Of a stretch of 38,658 nucleotides of DNA, positions 19,033 to 27,439 are shown one piece after another. This DNA is from a bacterium. GTDB lineage: Bacteria; Muiribacteriota; UBA6191. The number at the start of each line of letters is the position of its first letter. The stretch's first letter is position 1. The notes under the pieces are model-generated. The model worked only from the letters and a program-made list of their open reading frames with translations, was not told where the DNA came from and did not search any database. The stretch lies in assembly GCA_036339875.1 (NCBI GenBank), contig JAYZAC010000159.1, positions 1 to 38,658 on the forward strand, read 5' to 3'. The translations under genes and the position numbers were made by a program.

Positions 19033-20172
19033 CTAACGTGTTTTCTTTCGCATTCGGTACGCTTGCGCAAGAATTGTAGCTACCGCTTTGAAGAGATCTT
19101 CCGGAATTTCTGCCTCTATGGGAACCTGACGAAAGAGTGCTCGAGCGAGAGGTTTATTCTCAATGATTGGGACTTTGTTTTCTCGAGCTAGTTCTTTAAT
19201 TTTGTGAGCGATGAGGTTTTGTCCCTTCGCGACGACCCTAGGAGCTTGGTCTTCACCGCTAACATATTTTAAGGCGACAGCATAGTGCACGGGATTGGTA
19301 ACCACAACATCTGCTTTTGGCACTTCGCCCATCATCATACGTTGTGCCATTTCTCGCTGCTTCATCCGGATGCGTTGTTTTATCTGTGGATCCCCTTCTG
19401 ACTGTTTACGTTCTTCTTTTACCTCTTGCTTGGTCATTTTCAGTTTTTCATTCTGACGATATCTAGTCCATACAAAGTCTAAAATACCGTAGATAAAGAG
19501 AATTATTCCAATCTGAATAATTAGTTTCACCATTAACCAGGTTACATAATCGAGAGATGCAGCAACCGGGGTGAAGAACAAAGATGTCATAGTCGGATAT
19601 TCATTTACGTATAAGGCATAAGGAAAATAACTAAAAATAGCCAGTTTAATTAGTGATTTTACTAATTCAGCTATCGCTTCTTTTCCTATTATTTTTTGGA
19701 TACCGTTGATAGGGTTAAAACGATCTAAACTAGGAACCAAAGCTTCAGTTGAAATGAATAACCCTACTTGTCCAATTTGTGCCGCGAGAGTAACTACAAT
19801 CACTACAAAAAATAGTGGGAGCATCATTATGTACCAATACTTCACGAGTTCCACGAAGAATACCCAAAAATCTTGGTTACTCATATTTTGTACGGTAAAC
19901 ATCAGTACGGATTTTTGAAACATGTCTGCTACTGCACCGTAAAACTGATGAAGCATGCCGTAAACAAACAAAGTGACTAAAACTAATGTGATTGATGTAG
20001 TTAAATCCTGACTTTTTGGAACTTGACCTTTATTCCTAGCTTCTTGTTTTCGTTTGTCTGTGGGTTCTTCTGTTTTTTCTCCACTCTCATCAAATTGCAG
20101 TAGATCAAAAGGTATACATTTACATTCAATTTGATCATAAAACTGACTGTAATATTTCGATTCGAGTTTCAT
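19033..20172 (-). CDS. flhB: Flagellar export switch protein FlhB
   Basis: Motifs EKTEEPT.KRK.EAR.KGQVPKS, KMTKQEVKEE.KQSEGDP, ADVVVTNPVHYAVAL and LARALF. Confidence 0.95.
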   Translation of the reverse strand: MKLESKYYSQFYDQIECKCIPFDLLQFDESGEKTEEPTDKRKQEARNKGQVPKSQDLTTSITLVLVTLFVYGMLHQFYGAVADMFQKSVLMFTVQNMSNQDFWVFFVELVKYWYIMMLPLFFVVIVVTLAAQIGQVGLFISTEALVPSLDRFNPINGIQKIIGKEAIAELVKSLIKLAIFSYFPYALYVNEYPTMTSLFFTPVAASLDYVTWLMVKLIIQIGIILFIYGILDFVWTRYRQNEKLKMTKQEVKEERKQSEGDPQIKQRIRMKQREMAQRMMMGEVPKADVVVTNPVHYAVALKYVSGEDQAPRVVAKGQNLIAHKIKELARENKVPIIENKPLARALFRQVPIEAEIPEDLFKAVATILAQAYRMRKKTR

Positions 20173-20936
20173 TGGAAAAATTTTAGAATCATTTCTAGCT
20201 CACGAAATGATTTATCAAATAGGATTTTGATTAATTTGACGAGATAAGGCATTGTTATAACGTAGGTCACCATTCCAAGTAAAATTTGAATTGGAATTCC
20301 AACCATAAATATATTTAAACGAGGCATCGTACGAACAATCACTCCCAAAGAATATTGCACCAGAAGTAATGCCACCAGCATAGGCATAGAAACTCGTAAG
20401 GAGATTTCAAAAAGTTCTCCATAAATTCTTATAAAATGTTCAATTTTTGATGCCTGAAAGGCTAGATCTCCAAATGAAATGATTTCGTAACTTCTCATGA
20501 AGGCCTCAAATGCCACATGATGTCCGTTAATTATTAGAAAGACCAATGTTCCTAGAGTTACGTTAAATTGTCCCATCGTAGTGGAAGCCTCGCCTGATGC
20601 TGGATCAATTGCAGTGGCAATAGCGAGACCCATTGGCGTAGATACAATAGAACCTGCAAAAGACAGAATTTCCATTACCATAGCTACATTTAAACCTATA
20701 ATTAGCCCGACAAAAAATTCCTTAAGACCGAATATAATTAATTCGTGATCGTAGTTCATTTCAACGTAATCACTCATTGGTAAATTAAGAAAGACTGCAA
20801 TAGCTACGAAATAAGCTACGATAGGTTTAATCTTGCCAGGAAAGTTAGGGCTGGAAAGTAATGGCATATACATAACCATGCCCATAAATCGCAAAAAGCA
20901 AAGAAAGAAGTTTGAAATCAGTAAGGTGGAGTCCAT
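20169..20936 (-). CDS. fliR: Flagellar export gate protein FliR
   Basis: Hydrophobic 255-aa protein with KEFFVG, AG....PMGL....DP, NGHH and RTMPRLNIFMVGIP; lies between fliQ and flhB. Confidence 0.93.
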   Translation of the reverse strand: MDSTLLISNFFLCFLRFMGMVMYMPLLSSPNFPGKIKPIVAYFVAIAVFLNLPMSDYVEMNYDHELIIFGLKEFFVGLIIGLNVAMVMEILSFAGSIVSTPMGLAIATAIDPASGEASTTMGQFNVTLGTLVFLIINGHHVAFEAFMRSYEIISFGDLAFQASKIEHFIRIYGELFEISLRVSMPMLVALLLVQYSLGVIVRTMPRLNIFMVGIPIQILLGMVTYVITMPYLVKLIKILFDKSFRELEMILKFFQ

Positions 20937-20938
20937 TG

Positions 20939-21208
20939 CTATTTGATAAATAGCTCCACATTGTCAATTAAATTGATCGTCCAAGTGACTACCTTGTTAA
21001 TCATCCATGGTCCTAGGAAAATGACCGTAGCCATTGTTGCAACGACTTTAGGAATGAATGTAAGAGTCTGCTCTTGTAAACTTGTTGTGGTTTGAAAAAT
21101 TGTGACTAGTAAACCAACGACCAATCCAACCAATAATGGAGGCAAGCCTATAATCATTGCCATGTACATGGTGTCTTTTATCAAGTTCATGGCAACAATT
21201 TCGTTCAT
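20939..21208 (-). CDS. fliQ: Flagellar export gate protein FliQ
   Basis: Motif VGLLVTIFQTTTSLQEQTLTFIPK...GPWM. Confidence 0.95.
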   Translation of the reverse strand: MNEIVAMNLIKDTMYMAMIIGLPPLLVGLVVGLLVTIFQTTTSLQEQTLTFIPKVVATMATVIFLGPWMINKVVTWTINLIDNVELFIK

Positions 21209-21210
21209 AT

Positions 21211-22086
21211 TTAACTCACTATTATTGATTTCATTAGCGCGTTGATAATGAGTGCCCAGCCGTCAATTAGAACAAATAGTAATATCTTAAAAGGTGTCGA
21301 AACCATTGCAGGTGGGAGCATCATCATCCCCATGGACATAAGTGTCGTCGCTATGACCATATCTAGCATTAAGAAGGGTAGAAAAAGAATAATTCCAAAT
21401 TGGAATCCTGTCTTGAATTCGGAGATAATAAAAGCGGGTATCAACGTCAATGTGCTTACTTCCTCGAAGCTTTTAGGCTTTTTGCCTTGCGAGAGCTTCA
21501 CAAAAACAGCTAGGTCCTTTTCTCGAGTAGCTTTGCGCATGTATTCACGAAAAGGTTTCAAGGCTCTTGTAAACATTTCTTGATAACCTATTTCCTCTGC
21601 TACATAAGGCTCGATAGCATTTTCTTGAACCTTATTCCAGATAGGCGCCATATGAAAAATAGTTAGGAATAAAGCTAATGAAACTAATAATTTATCTGAG
21701 GGTAGAGTTTGTGTACCAATTGCTCGCCTTGTGAACGAAAGTACAATTACGATTCTGGTGAAGGGCGTCATCATAATTAAAATAGATGGAGCTAAAGTTA
21801 TAAGAGTGAGTAAAACTACAAGGCGCAGTCCTAAAGTTAATTGTTTTGGGCTCAGATCTTCTTCAACAGATAGATTTACCTTAGGAATAGGTAATGCAAA
21901 ATTTGTATTAGAGGCCACATCACGGGCAGTTTCTCTTTGTTTACTTGAAGTACTATCATCGTCTTCACTTAGCTGAGAATATATCTCGCTAGTTTTTGGC
22001 CCGACAAGAGCTTCCTCAGTCTCTCCGTAAATGGGGAACTGAAAGGTTAATAAACAAAAAACGATAAATAAGTAACTTTTTGTCAT
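21211..22086 (-). CDS. fliP: Flagellar export gate protein FliP
   Basis: N-terminal signal peptide (as in flagellar FliP, unlike injectisome SctR); motifs LAPSILIMMTPFTRIVIVL, PAFIISE and MSMGMMMLPP...PFKILLFVLIDGW. Confidence 0.95.
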   Translation of the reverse strand: MTKSYLFIVFCLLTFQFPIYGETEEALVGPKTSEIYSQLSEDDDSTSSKQRETARDVASNTNFALPIPKVNLSVEEDLSPKQLTLGLRLVVLLTLITLAPSILIMMTPFTRIVIVLSFTRRAIGTQTLPSDKLLVSLALFLTIFHMAPIWNKVQENAIEPYVAEEIGYQEMFTRALKPFREYMRKATREKDLAVFVKLSQGKKPKSFEEVSTLTLIPAFIISEFKTGFQFGIILFLPFLMLDMVIATTLMSMGMMMLPPAMVSTPFKILLFVLIDGWALIINALMKSIIVS

Positions 22087-22172
22087 ACAAAAAACTAATG
22101 TTTTGAATACATTTTGTCGATACTACAAGTTATCCCACCAAAAGAATTCCATCAAGTAATACTTTTTAATTG

Positions 22173-22198
22173 AAAAAAAAAGAATCTTTAAAGAGTCT
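22173..22198 (-). terminator. Weak candidate intrinsic terminator after the STAS gene
   Basis: Minus strand AGACTCT-TTAA-AGATTCT (one mismatch) followed by a T run, just after the stop codon. Confidence 0.35.
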
Positions 22199-22200
22199 GA

Positions 22201-22548
22201 TTATTCGGCTAATTCTTCGATAGCCTCATCGTAATCTCGAAATAAATTCAGAAGTTTATTTAACTTTGTTAGGACAAAAACTTCCTCAATCTGTTCGCTC
22301 TCATATACTATTGCTAGTTTTTTATTAAGTTTATTTATCTGTCGATTAAGATACACGATTGCGCTTATTCCTGAACTATCTAAGAAGTCCAGATCAATGA
22401 AGTTGAATAGGTAGCAATCGAGTGAGTTGGTATCTTGCAGATTCTCTTGTACCATAAGCTTGAACTCCGCGGCGTTGGCGGCTGTTAAATTTTCCCTTGG
22501 ACGTACTTCCAGTATGCCTTCTTCGAGCTCTAATAATTCAATTTCCAT
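22201..22548 (-). CDS. STAS-domain anti-sigma-factor antagonist (RsbV/SpoIIAA-like)
   Basis: 115 aa; LDFLDSSGISAI contains the phosphorylatable Ser; VFVLTKL...F.D.DEA. Confidence 0.9.
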   Translation of the reverse strand: MEIELLELEEGILEVRPRENLTAANAAEFKLMVQENLQDTNSLDCYLFNFIDLDFLDSSGISAIVYLNRQINKLNKKLAIVYESEQIEEVFVLTKLNKLLNLFRDYDEAIEELAE

Positions 22549-22564
22549 TAGTTCACCTAGTTCT

Positions 22565-24313
22565 CTACCAACGAATTAGAACACAAGTTCTATCGTCTGA
22601 ATACGCTTCATTACCTGCAAAATTTTCAACTTCATCATAAAGATTAGCTACTAGGTCATGCGCTGAAAGGGATAGATTGCTACCTAACACAGATTTAAAT
22701 CTCTCTAACGAAAATTGCTGTTTGTCTATGTTCTGTGGTTCTACAAGACCGTCGGTGTACAATACCAGAAAATCGCCTTTTTGGACAGAAACCTCGCGGA
22801 GTTCGTATTCAGAATCTTCAAGAATTCCAATTAACATTCCATCTGCATCCAAGGCGTCAAATGCATTATTTTTACTTCTGTAAAGAAGCGGAAGGTTATG
22901 CCCTGCATTGGCAAATTTCAGTAATTCTTTAGATTCATCGTAGTGAAAACAAAACATACTGATAAAGCTTTCTGCTTCTTCAAGGTCAGGAAATAGAATC
23001 TCATTTACTTTTTGCAATAATTGAGCAGCGTCCTTAATACGCTTTGACTCGGCCTGAATAACACTGCGGGCCATAGCCATTAAGATAGCTGATGCTGTTC
23101 CGTGTCCCGCCACATCAGCAATTACACAACCAAATTTATTAGAATGGTTTTCCTCTAAGAAACCATAATAGTCTCCACCAACCATATTGGATGGAACCAG
23201 CTTACACGCAATATCTAGATTATTTATTTTAGGTAACTTACGTGGGAGTAATGAAGCTTGTATTTTGCCTGCAAGTTCTAAATCTTTCTTTAAACTTTCG
23301 GTGCGTATTAACTCTTTACGCTGCTGAATTAACGATCGTCGCATAGAATCAAAACTTCGACCGAGTTCACCAAGTTCATCTTCGGATCGTATTGTAACTT
23401 CAGTATTAAAGTTTCCTGAAGCCACCTCACCAGCTGCTACCTTTAATTTTGCTATAGGCCCACTTAGCTGAGTAGAAAAAAGATAACTCAGAAATCCCGC
23501 TAGCAGCAATACGACGATTCCTAAGAATATAAGCTGTTGTTCTAATCTAACAATTCTTTTTTCAAGGCCAGTTAAACTAGACTGAAGAAACAACTTCATA
23601 TTCATTGTAGGCATTTTGAAATCGAAAGAAGAGCCCTGCCATTTCTCATTTGATAAATACATCAATTTTGCAGGTTCAATTCGCCGATTTTCCCATGAAC
23701 TCGCCAAGACCGAATTATTTGCTAATAGACTTACTGGACTTCCTGATTGCTTTGCTAAAAATGCAGCGAATCGATTTTCGAGGGCTTTTCCAACTAAAAC
23801 GCTACCGCCTATATTTCCATCAAAACTTATCGAATGACATGCCACTAGATAGAGAGTATTGTTAGAAAGTATCAAATCAGCGCCTAATTCCCCTTTTTCT
23901 ATACTATTTTTTATTATTGGATAGATTGAGGCTTGTGAGTTTTGCTTAGTTTTATAAGAACTCTCAAGTATCTCGGCTGTTGTATTACCATCTGCATCTG
24001 TAATCATTATGAGGTCTGCCTGAAGCATGCTCTGTAATTGCGATAGCGTATCCTGAATAGTGATGGGATCAGCCAATTGAATAGACATTTTGAGTGTAGG
24101 CTCTTCTGCTATTAACAGTACCAATTTCTGTAGTGATAAGCGCTCTACTTGAAGAAGTGTTTTGATCAAATTTGATTTTTGCTCAAGTTCAATTGAAACA
24201 TTTTGTTGCCATGCAGAACTTATAGAATTTCTTATCGTTAGCAGCGTCGGAATCAGAGCTGCCATAGTTACAATGAGAAATAATATAAATAGTTTAGTTT
24301 TGATGCTTTTCAT
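22565..24313 (-). CDS. Membrane sensor PP2C (SpoIIE/RsbU-type) phosphatase with extracytoplasmic Cache-like and HAMP domains
   Basis: Two TM segments; HAMP (PIAKL...DELGELGRSFDSM); PP2C motifs VGGDYY, IADVAGHG, ANAGH, LYTDGL and DDRT. Confidence 0.9.
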   Translation of the reverse strand: MKSIKTKLFILFLIVTMAALIPTLLTIRNSISSAWQQNVSIELEQKSNLIKTLLQVERLSLQKLVLLIAEEPTLKMSIQLADPITIQDTLSQLQSMLQADLIMITDADGNTTAEILESSYKTKQNSQASIYPIIKNSIEKGELGADLILSNNTLYLVACHSISFDGNIGGSVLVGKALENRFAAFLAKQSGSPVSLLANNSVLASSWENRRIEPAKLMYLSNEKWQGSSFDFKMPTMNMKLFLQSSLTGLEKRIVRLEQQLIFLGIVVLLLAGFLSYLFSTQLSGPIAKLKVAAGEVASGNFNTEVTIRSEDELGELGRSFDSMRRSLIQQRKELIRTESLKKDLELAGKIQASLLPRKLPKINNLDIACKLVPSNMVGGDYYGFLEENHSNKFGCVIADVAGHGTASAILMAMARSVIQAESKRIKDAAQLLQKVNEILFPDLEEAESFISMFCFHYDESKELLKFANAGHNLPLLYRSKNNAFDALDADGMLIGILEDSEYELREVSVQKGDFLVLYTDGLVEPQNIDKQQFSLERFKSVLGSNLSLSAHDLVANLYDEVENFAGNEAYSDDRTCVLIRW

Positions 24314-24723
24314 TGACGATAGATTAAGCTAGAAATTATTCCAAATGCTATTTGAGGGTAATCTTTGATTAGTTCATGTAGTAAAATTTTTTGAATAAAT
24401 AAGATTTTAGACGTTTCTATTACTCTCAATGTTGCGTTTCGCGGTTGATCAACGAAAAGTGAAGTTTCACCAACACAAGAATTTTCACCGATGATAGCAA
24501 GTTGTTTCAGTGAGCCTTCAGTATCAATTCTCTCTACACTAATTTTACCTTCAATTACGAGAAAGAGTTCGTCACCTATATCACCCTCCTCACACAATAA
24601 ACTATCAGGAGGTAATTGTTCTTCAGTCGCTATCAAAGCAATTAGCATTCTGTCTTTGCCAGATAGTTCACTGAACAAAGGGACATGCTTAAGGACTTCT
24701 ACTTTTTGCACAGTATTTAACAT
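24310..24723 (-). CDS. Stand-alone cyclic-nucleotide-binding domain protein (no CRP HTH)
   Basis: Motifs LKHVPLFSEL, EEGDIGDELFLVIEG and the phosphate-binding cassette GETSL...PRNAT. Likely start ATG24723; the ORF track starts at 24738. Confidence 0.88.
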   Translation of the reverse strand: MLNTVQKVEVLKHVPLFSELSGKDRMLIALIATEEQLPPDSLLCEEGDIGDELFLVIEGKISVERIDTEGSLKQLAIIGENSCVGETSLFVDQPRNATLRVIETSKILFIQKILLHELIKDYPQIAFGIISSLIYRQ

Positions 24724-24763
24724 TGCCACAGTATACAATTTTCTTATTGAAAATTAGACTTAT

Positions 24764-27439
24764 TCAGTTCGACTGTAATTCATTTAAGCAATGAAGGATC
24801 ATTTCAGAACTAATTAAATCTTTCAATTCAGGTAAAGATTTAACGGTTTCTAAGTAATCTGACTGTTTATGCTTGGCAATCCATTCTAGTGCGCAAGCAC
24901 GCAGCCATTCATCAGTTCCTAATAGACATTCTTTGATACTTGTTTTGATATCACAGCGAACTATATTTAGGTCTTCTATTTGATGTAATGCCTTTAATCG
25001 ATGATCTCCTTGATCAACCTCCAAGAAAGGGATTAAAAGATCGCAAATTTCTACTTTGCCAGTGCTAGACAAAAGCTCAATCGCTTCATACTTTCTCTCT
25101 GAATGCTTTTCAAAAAGAGCTTTTCTAACTATTTCTAACGAATCCTTATCAAATTCAGAACGAAAGTAAATTAAAAGATAATTACATTGATTTTGTATTT
25201 CCTCTTTTACAGAAGCTAGGAATTCAGTTGCCAGATTTTCGGAGTTCTCCAGATTAACTTGGAGCTGAGTTAAGCTGACTAATCGAAGTTTCTCAATTTC
25301 TAATATCTTTGCAAGTAGTATTGCTCTTTCTGATAAAGGAAACTCAACAAAAAGATTGAACCAAGATAATCGTGAACTGTAAGACCAATCTTTGGAGAAG
25401 AAAAGGTTTTGAAATTGATCCCTAAATTTCTGATTTTTGGCAATTTTTAATGAAATTTGGATCGCTTGATTCCTGACAAGTCTGGATGGTATTCCGTAAA
25501 ACATAGCTAAACGAGGAATCATGCTTTTGTGACTGGAATAAGACACACCATTTAGTAGTCTTATTTGATCTTCGGGGTTTAATTGAAAAGCATATTTAAG
25601 AAGATGCGCACAAGAATTTTCATTAAGACTTAGCTTAAAATAGTGAGTAATATCTGCTATTTCTGGAAGAAGAGTTTTTGGAAAATCTTCTAATTTTTCC
25701 ATAATTTGAATGATTACATCTTCACGTTCATAAACTATGCAGTAATACAAAGCAGCCTTTACTACTTTCTTATTTTTTAAGTTTCGTTCAAATACTGATA
25801 AGATTTGGTCACCCGTCATCGTTTTTGCAAATTCGACACTAATTTTTTCGGGGTAGCTGTCTTGAAATAAATTCCAAAGTGAAGTTCTATCTAAACCTTC
25901 GTGATATTTTTTGAAAGCTATCGGATGAGTTAAGAAAATTGTCCATTTTTGCTGATTGGTGGCTTTGTGATACAATTTCTCTAAGTAATTACCTGTATCT
26001 GTGGGTATAAAATCTAGATAGTCTAATCCAGATTCTTGCAGTTTAGTTTCTATCTGATGGATTTCTTCTTTATTCAGTTTAAAGTTGTTAACCTTCGATA
26101 GCGAATCTTCGTGTTTTACTACATTTAGTAACTGTTCCTGATAATGTAGTTTTAATTTTAGAGCAACGAAAAAATAAGCTACAAATAATATCAATCCCAG
26201 TACTGAAAAGATTTGGCTGAAGCCATCGGAAAATAAATTCGTTACTTTTGGACCCAGTTGCACAACTAGAATTAAAGTAATTCCAAACAGTAAATTTACA
26301 CAGTGAGTCCATGTCCCCTCGAGGAAGCCAAGAATAAACGTTCGTCGCTCTGGAGCTACAGCATTATAAAATAAAATTCTATTTGGAAAGTGGATCACGC
26401 TAGTAAGGTAATCTTTGTGAAACATTAAAACTGTGACTATCACAAGGTCCCATCTGGCTAATGAGAAACCTAATATTAAGACAGAAAAGCATGGATAAAA
26501 TAGGTTGACCCATCCCACTCCGAGCCATGAGGTTAGTCTCGGCGCAAGAAAAATTTGCAGAATTAGGGCAATTCCGTTTGAAATAGCAGCAAACTGACCC
26601 AGAAAGGTACTGAGTTTTTCCCCTTCTCCCGCAAAAATTTGTCCTAAGCCTTCATTAAACTGAAAAACCATTAGGCTTCCGGTGCAAATATCAAGAGCAA
26701 TTAAGGTAGCGAAAAAAATTAAAAATGTATTACTTAAGACCTCACGATAACCAGTTTTTAGATTATGCCAGATACCTAAATTGGTCGATTGTTTACGACG
26801 CGATGTAAGACTTTCTTTGAATTGAACTTCTTTTTCAAAAATTATCAGTACGAATCCAGAGGCCAAATAAGCTAAAGCCCATAGGATCAAAACGTTAATT
26901 TGACCCATAGATTGAATCAGAGGACCCAGACAGATACCTCCTAAAATTCCCCCAAGTTTTGTTGCAGATAAAATAAGGCCATAAAGCCTTTTTCGCTGTA
27001 ATGGATTAAGAACTGTTTGACAATAGTTACCAAAATGCATTATGTCCCAACCCAAAAGGACGAAAAATGCGAGGTATTGTAGAAATATACCTAGGTTTAT
27101 TCCCGCTAAGTAAAGGTCTGCCCTAATCATAAAATTGCAGATTAAAATGACTAGAAAACCAATTATCATATAAAGTCGGCATATGTATTGACTTCCTCTG
27201 CGTGCCATCAATACCGGGTATATTGAAGAAAAACAAAGTGCAGCAAAACTGATTCCTACGAATATGTAAGGTAATTTGTCAGCTCCCACCTGTGCTAACA
27301 GCATTGATGTTCCTATGGCTATTCCCAAAGATGTACCGAAACATTGTAAAGTTAGGTACGACATCAAATAAAAAACAGTTCGACCCTCTCCTTTTCTTAA
27401 ACCTAATAACTCAGTCATCTTTGTTTCTTTCATTTGCAA
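24764..27439 (-). CDS. NTT/Npt-family (ATP/ADP translocase-like MFS) transporter with a C-terminal HEAT-like helical region
   Basis: N-terminal 430 aa or so with about 12 TM segments and family-like motifs LRKGE, GADKLPY, QRKRLYGLI....LGGILGG and FYNAV..ERR; C-terminal EAIELL...LLIPFLE and DEWLRACAL. Confidence 0.75.
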   Translation of the reverse strand: MQMKETKMTELLGLRKGEGRTVFYLMSYLTLQCFGTSLGIAIGTSMLLAQVGADKLPYIFVGISFAALCFSSIYPVLMARRGSQYICRLYMIIGFLVILICNFMIRADLYLAGINLGIFLQYLAFFVLLGWDIMHFGNYCQTVLNPLQRKRLYGLILSATKLGGILGGICLGPLIQSMGQINVLILWALAYLASGFVLIIFEKEVQFKESLTSRRKQSTNLGIWHNLKTGYREVLSNTFLIFFATLIALDICTGSLMVFQFNEGLGQIFAGEGEKLSTFLGQFAAISNGIALILQIFLAPRLTSWLGVGWVNLFYPCFSVLILGFSLARWDLVIVTVLMFHKDYLTSVIHFPNRILFYNAVAPERRTFILGFLEGTWTHCVNLLFGITLILVVQLGPKVTNLFSDGFSQIFSVLGLILFVAYFFVALKLKLHYQEQLLNVVKHEDSLSKVNNFKLNKEEIHQIETKLQESGLDYLDFIPTDTGNYLEKLYHKATNQQKWTIFLTHPIAFKKYHEGLDRTSLWNLFQDSYPEKISVEFAKTMTGDQILSVFERNLKNKKVVKAALYYCIVYEREDVIIQIMEKLEDFPKTLLPEIADITHYFKLSLNENSCAHLLKYAFQLNPEDQIRLLNGVSYSSHKSMIPRLAMFYGIPSRLVRNQAIQISLKIAKNQKFRDQFQNLFFSKDWSYSSRLSWFNLFVEFPLSERAILLAKILEIEKLRLVSLTQLQVNLENSENLATEFLASVKEEIQNQCNYLLIYFRSEFDKDSLEIVRKALFEKHSERKYEAIELLSSTGKVEICDLLIPFLEVDQGDHRLKALHQIEDLNIVRCDIKTSIKECLLGTDEWLRACALEWIAKHKQSDYLETVKSLPELKDLISSEMILHCLNELQSN

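Noticed and set aside
19033..22086. Non-flagellar type III secretion (injectisome) export apparatus
   Set aside because: FliP has a signal peptide and flagellar-type motifs, and there are no sct structural genes or effectors nearby.
24723..24766. Stop-codon readthrough or an alternative code fusing NTT-HEAT to the cNMP domain
   Set aside because: The frames differ and there is an in-frame TAA upstream of the cNMP start; TAA, TAG and TGA all act as normal stops in this window.
24764..27439. Evidence of energy parasitism (Chlamydia/Rickettsia-type ATP/ADP translocase)
   Set aside because: The long HEAT-tailed form is the type found in free-living bacteria, and its substrate cannot be inferred from sequence.
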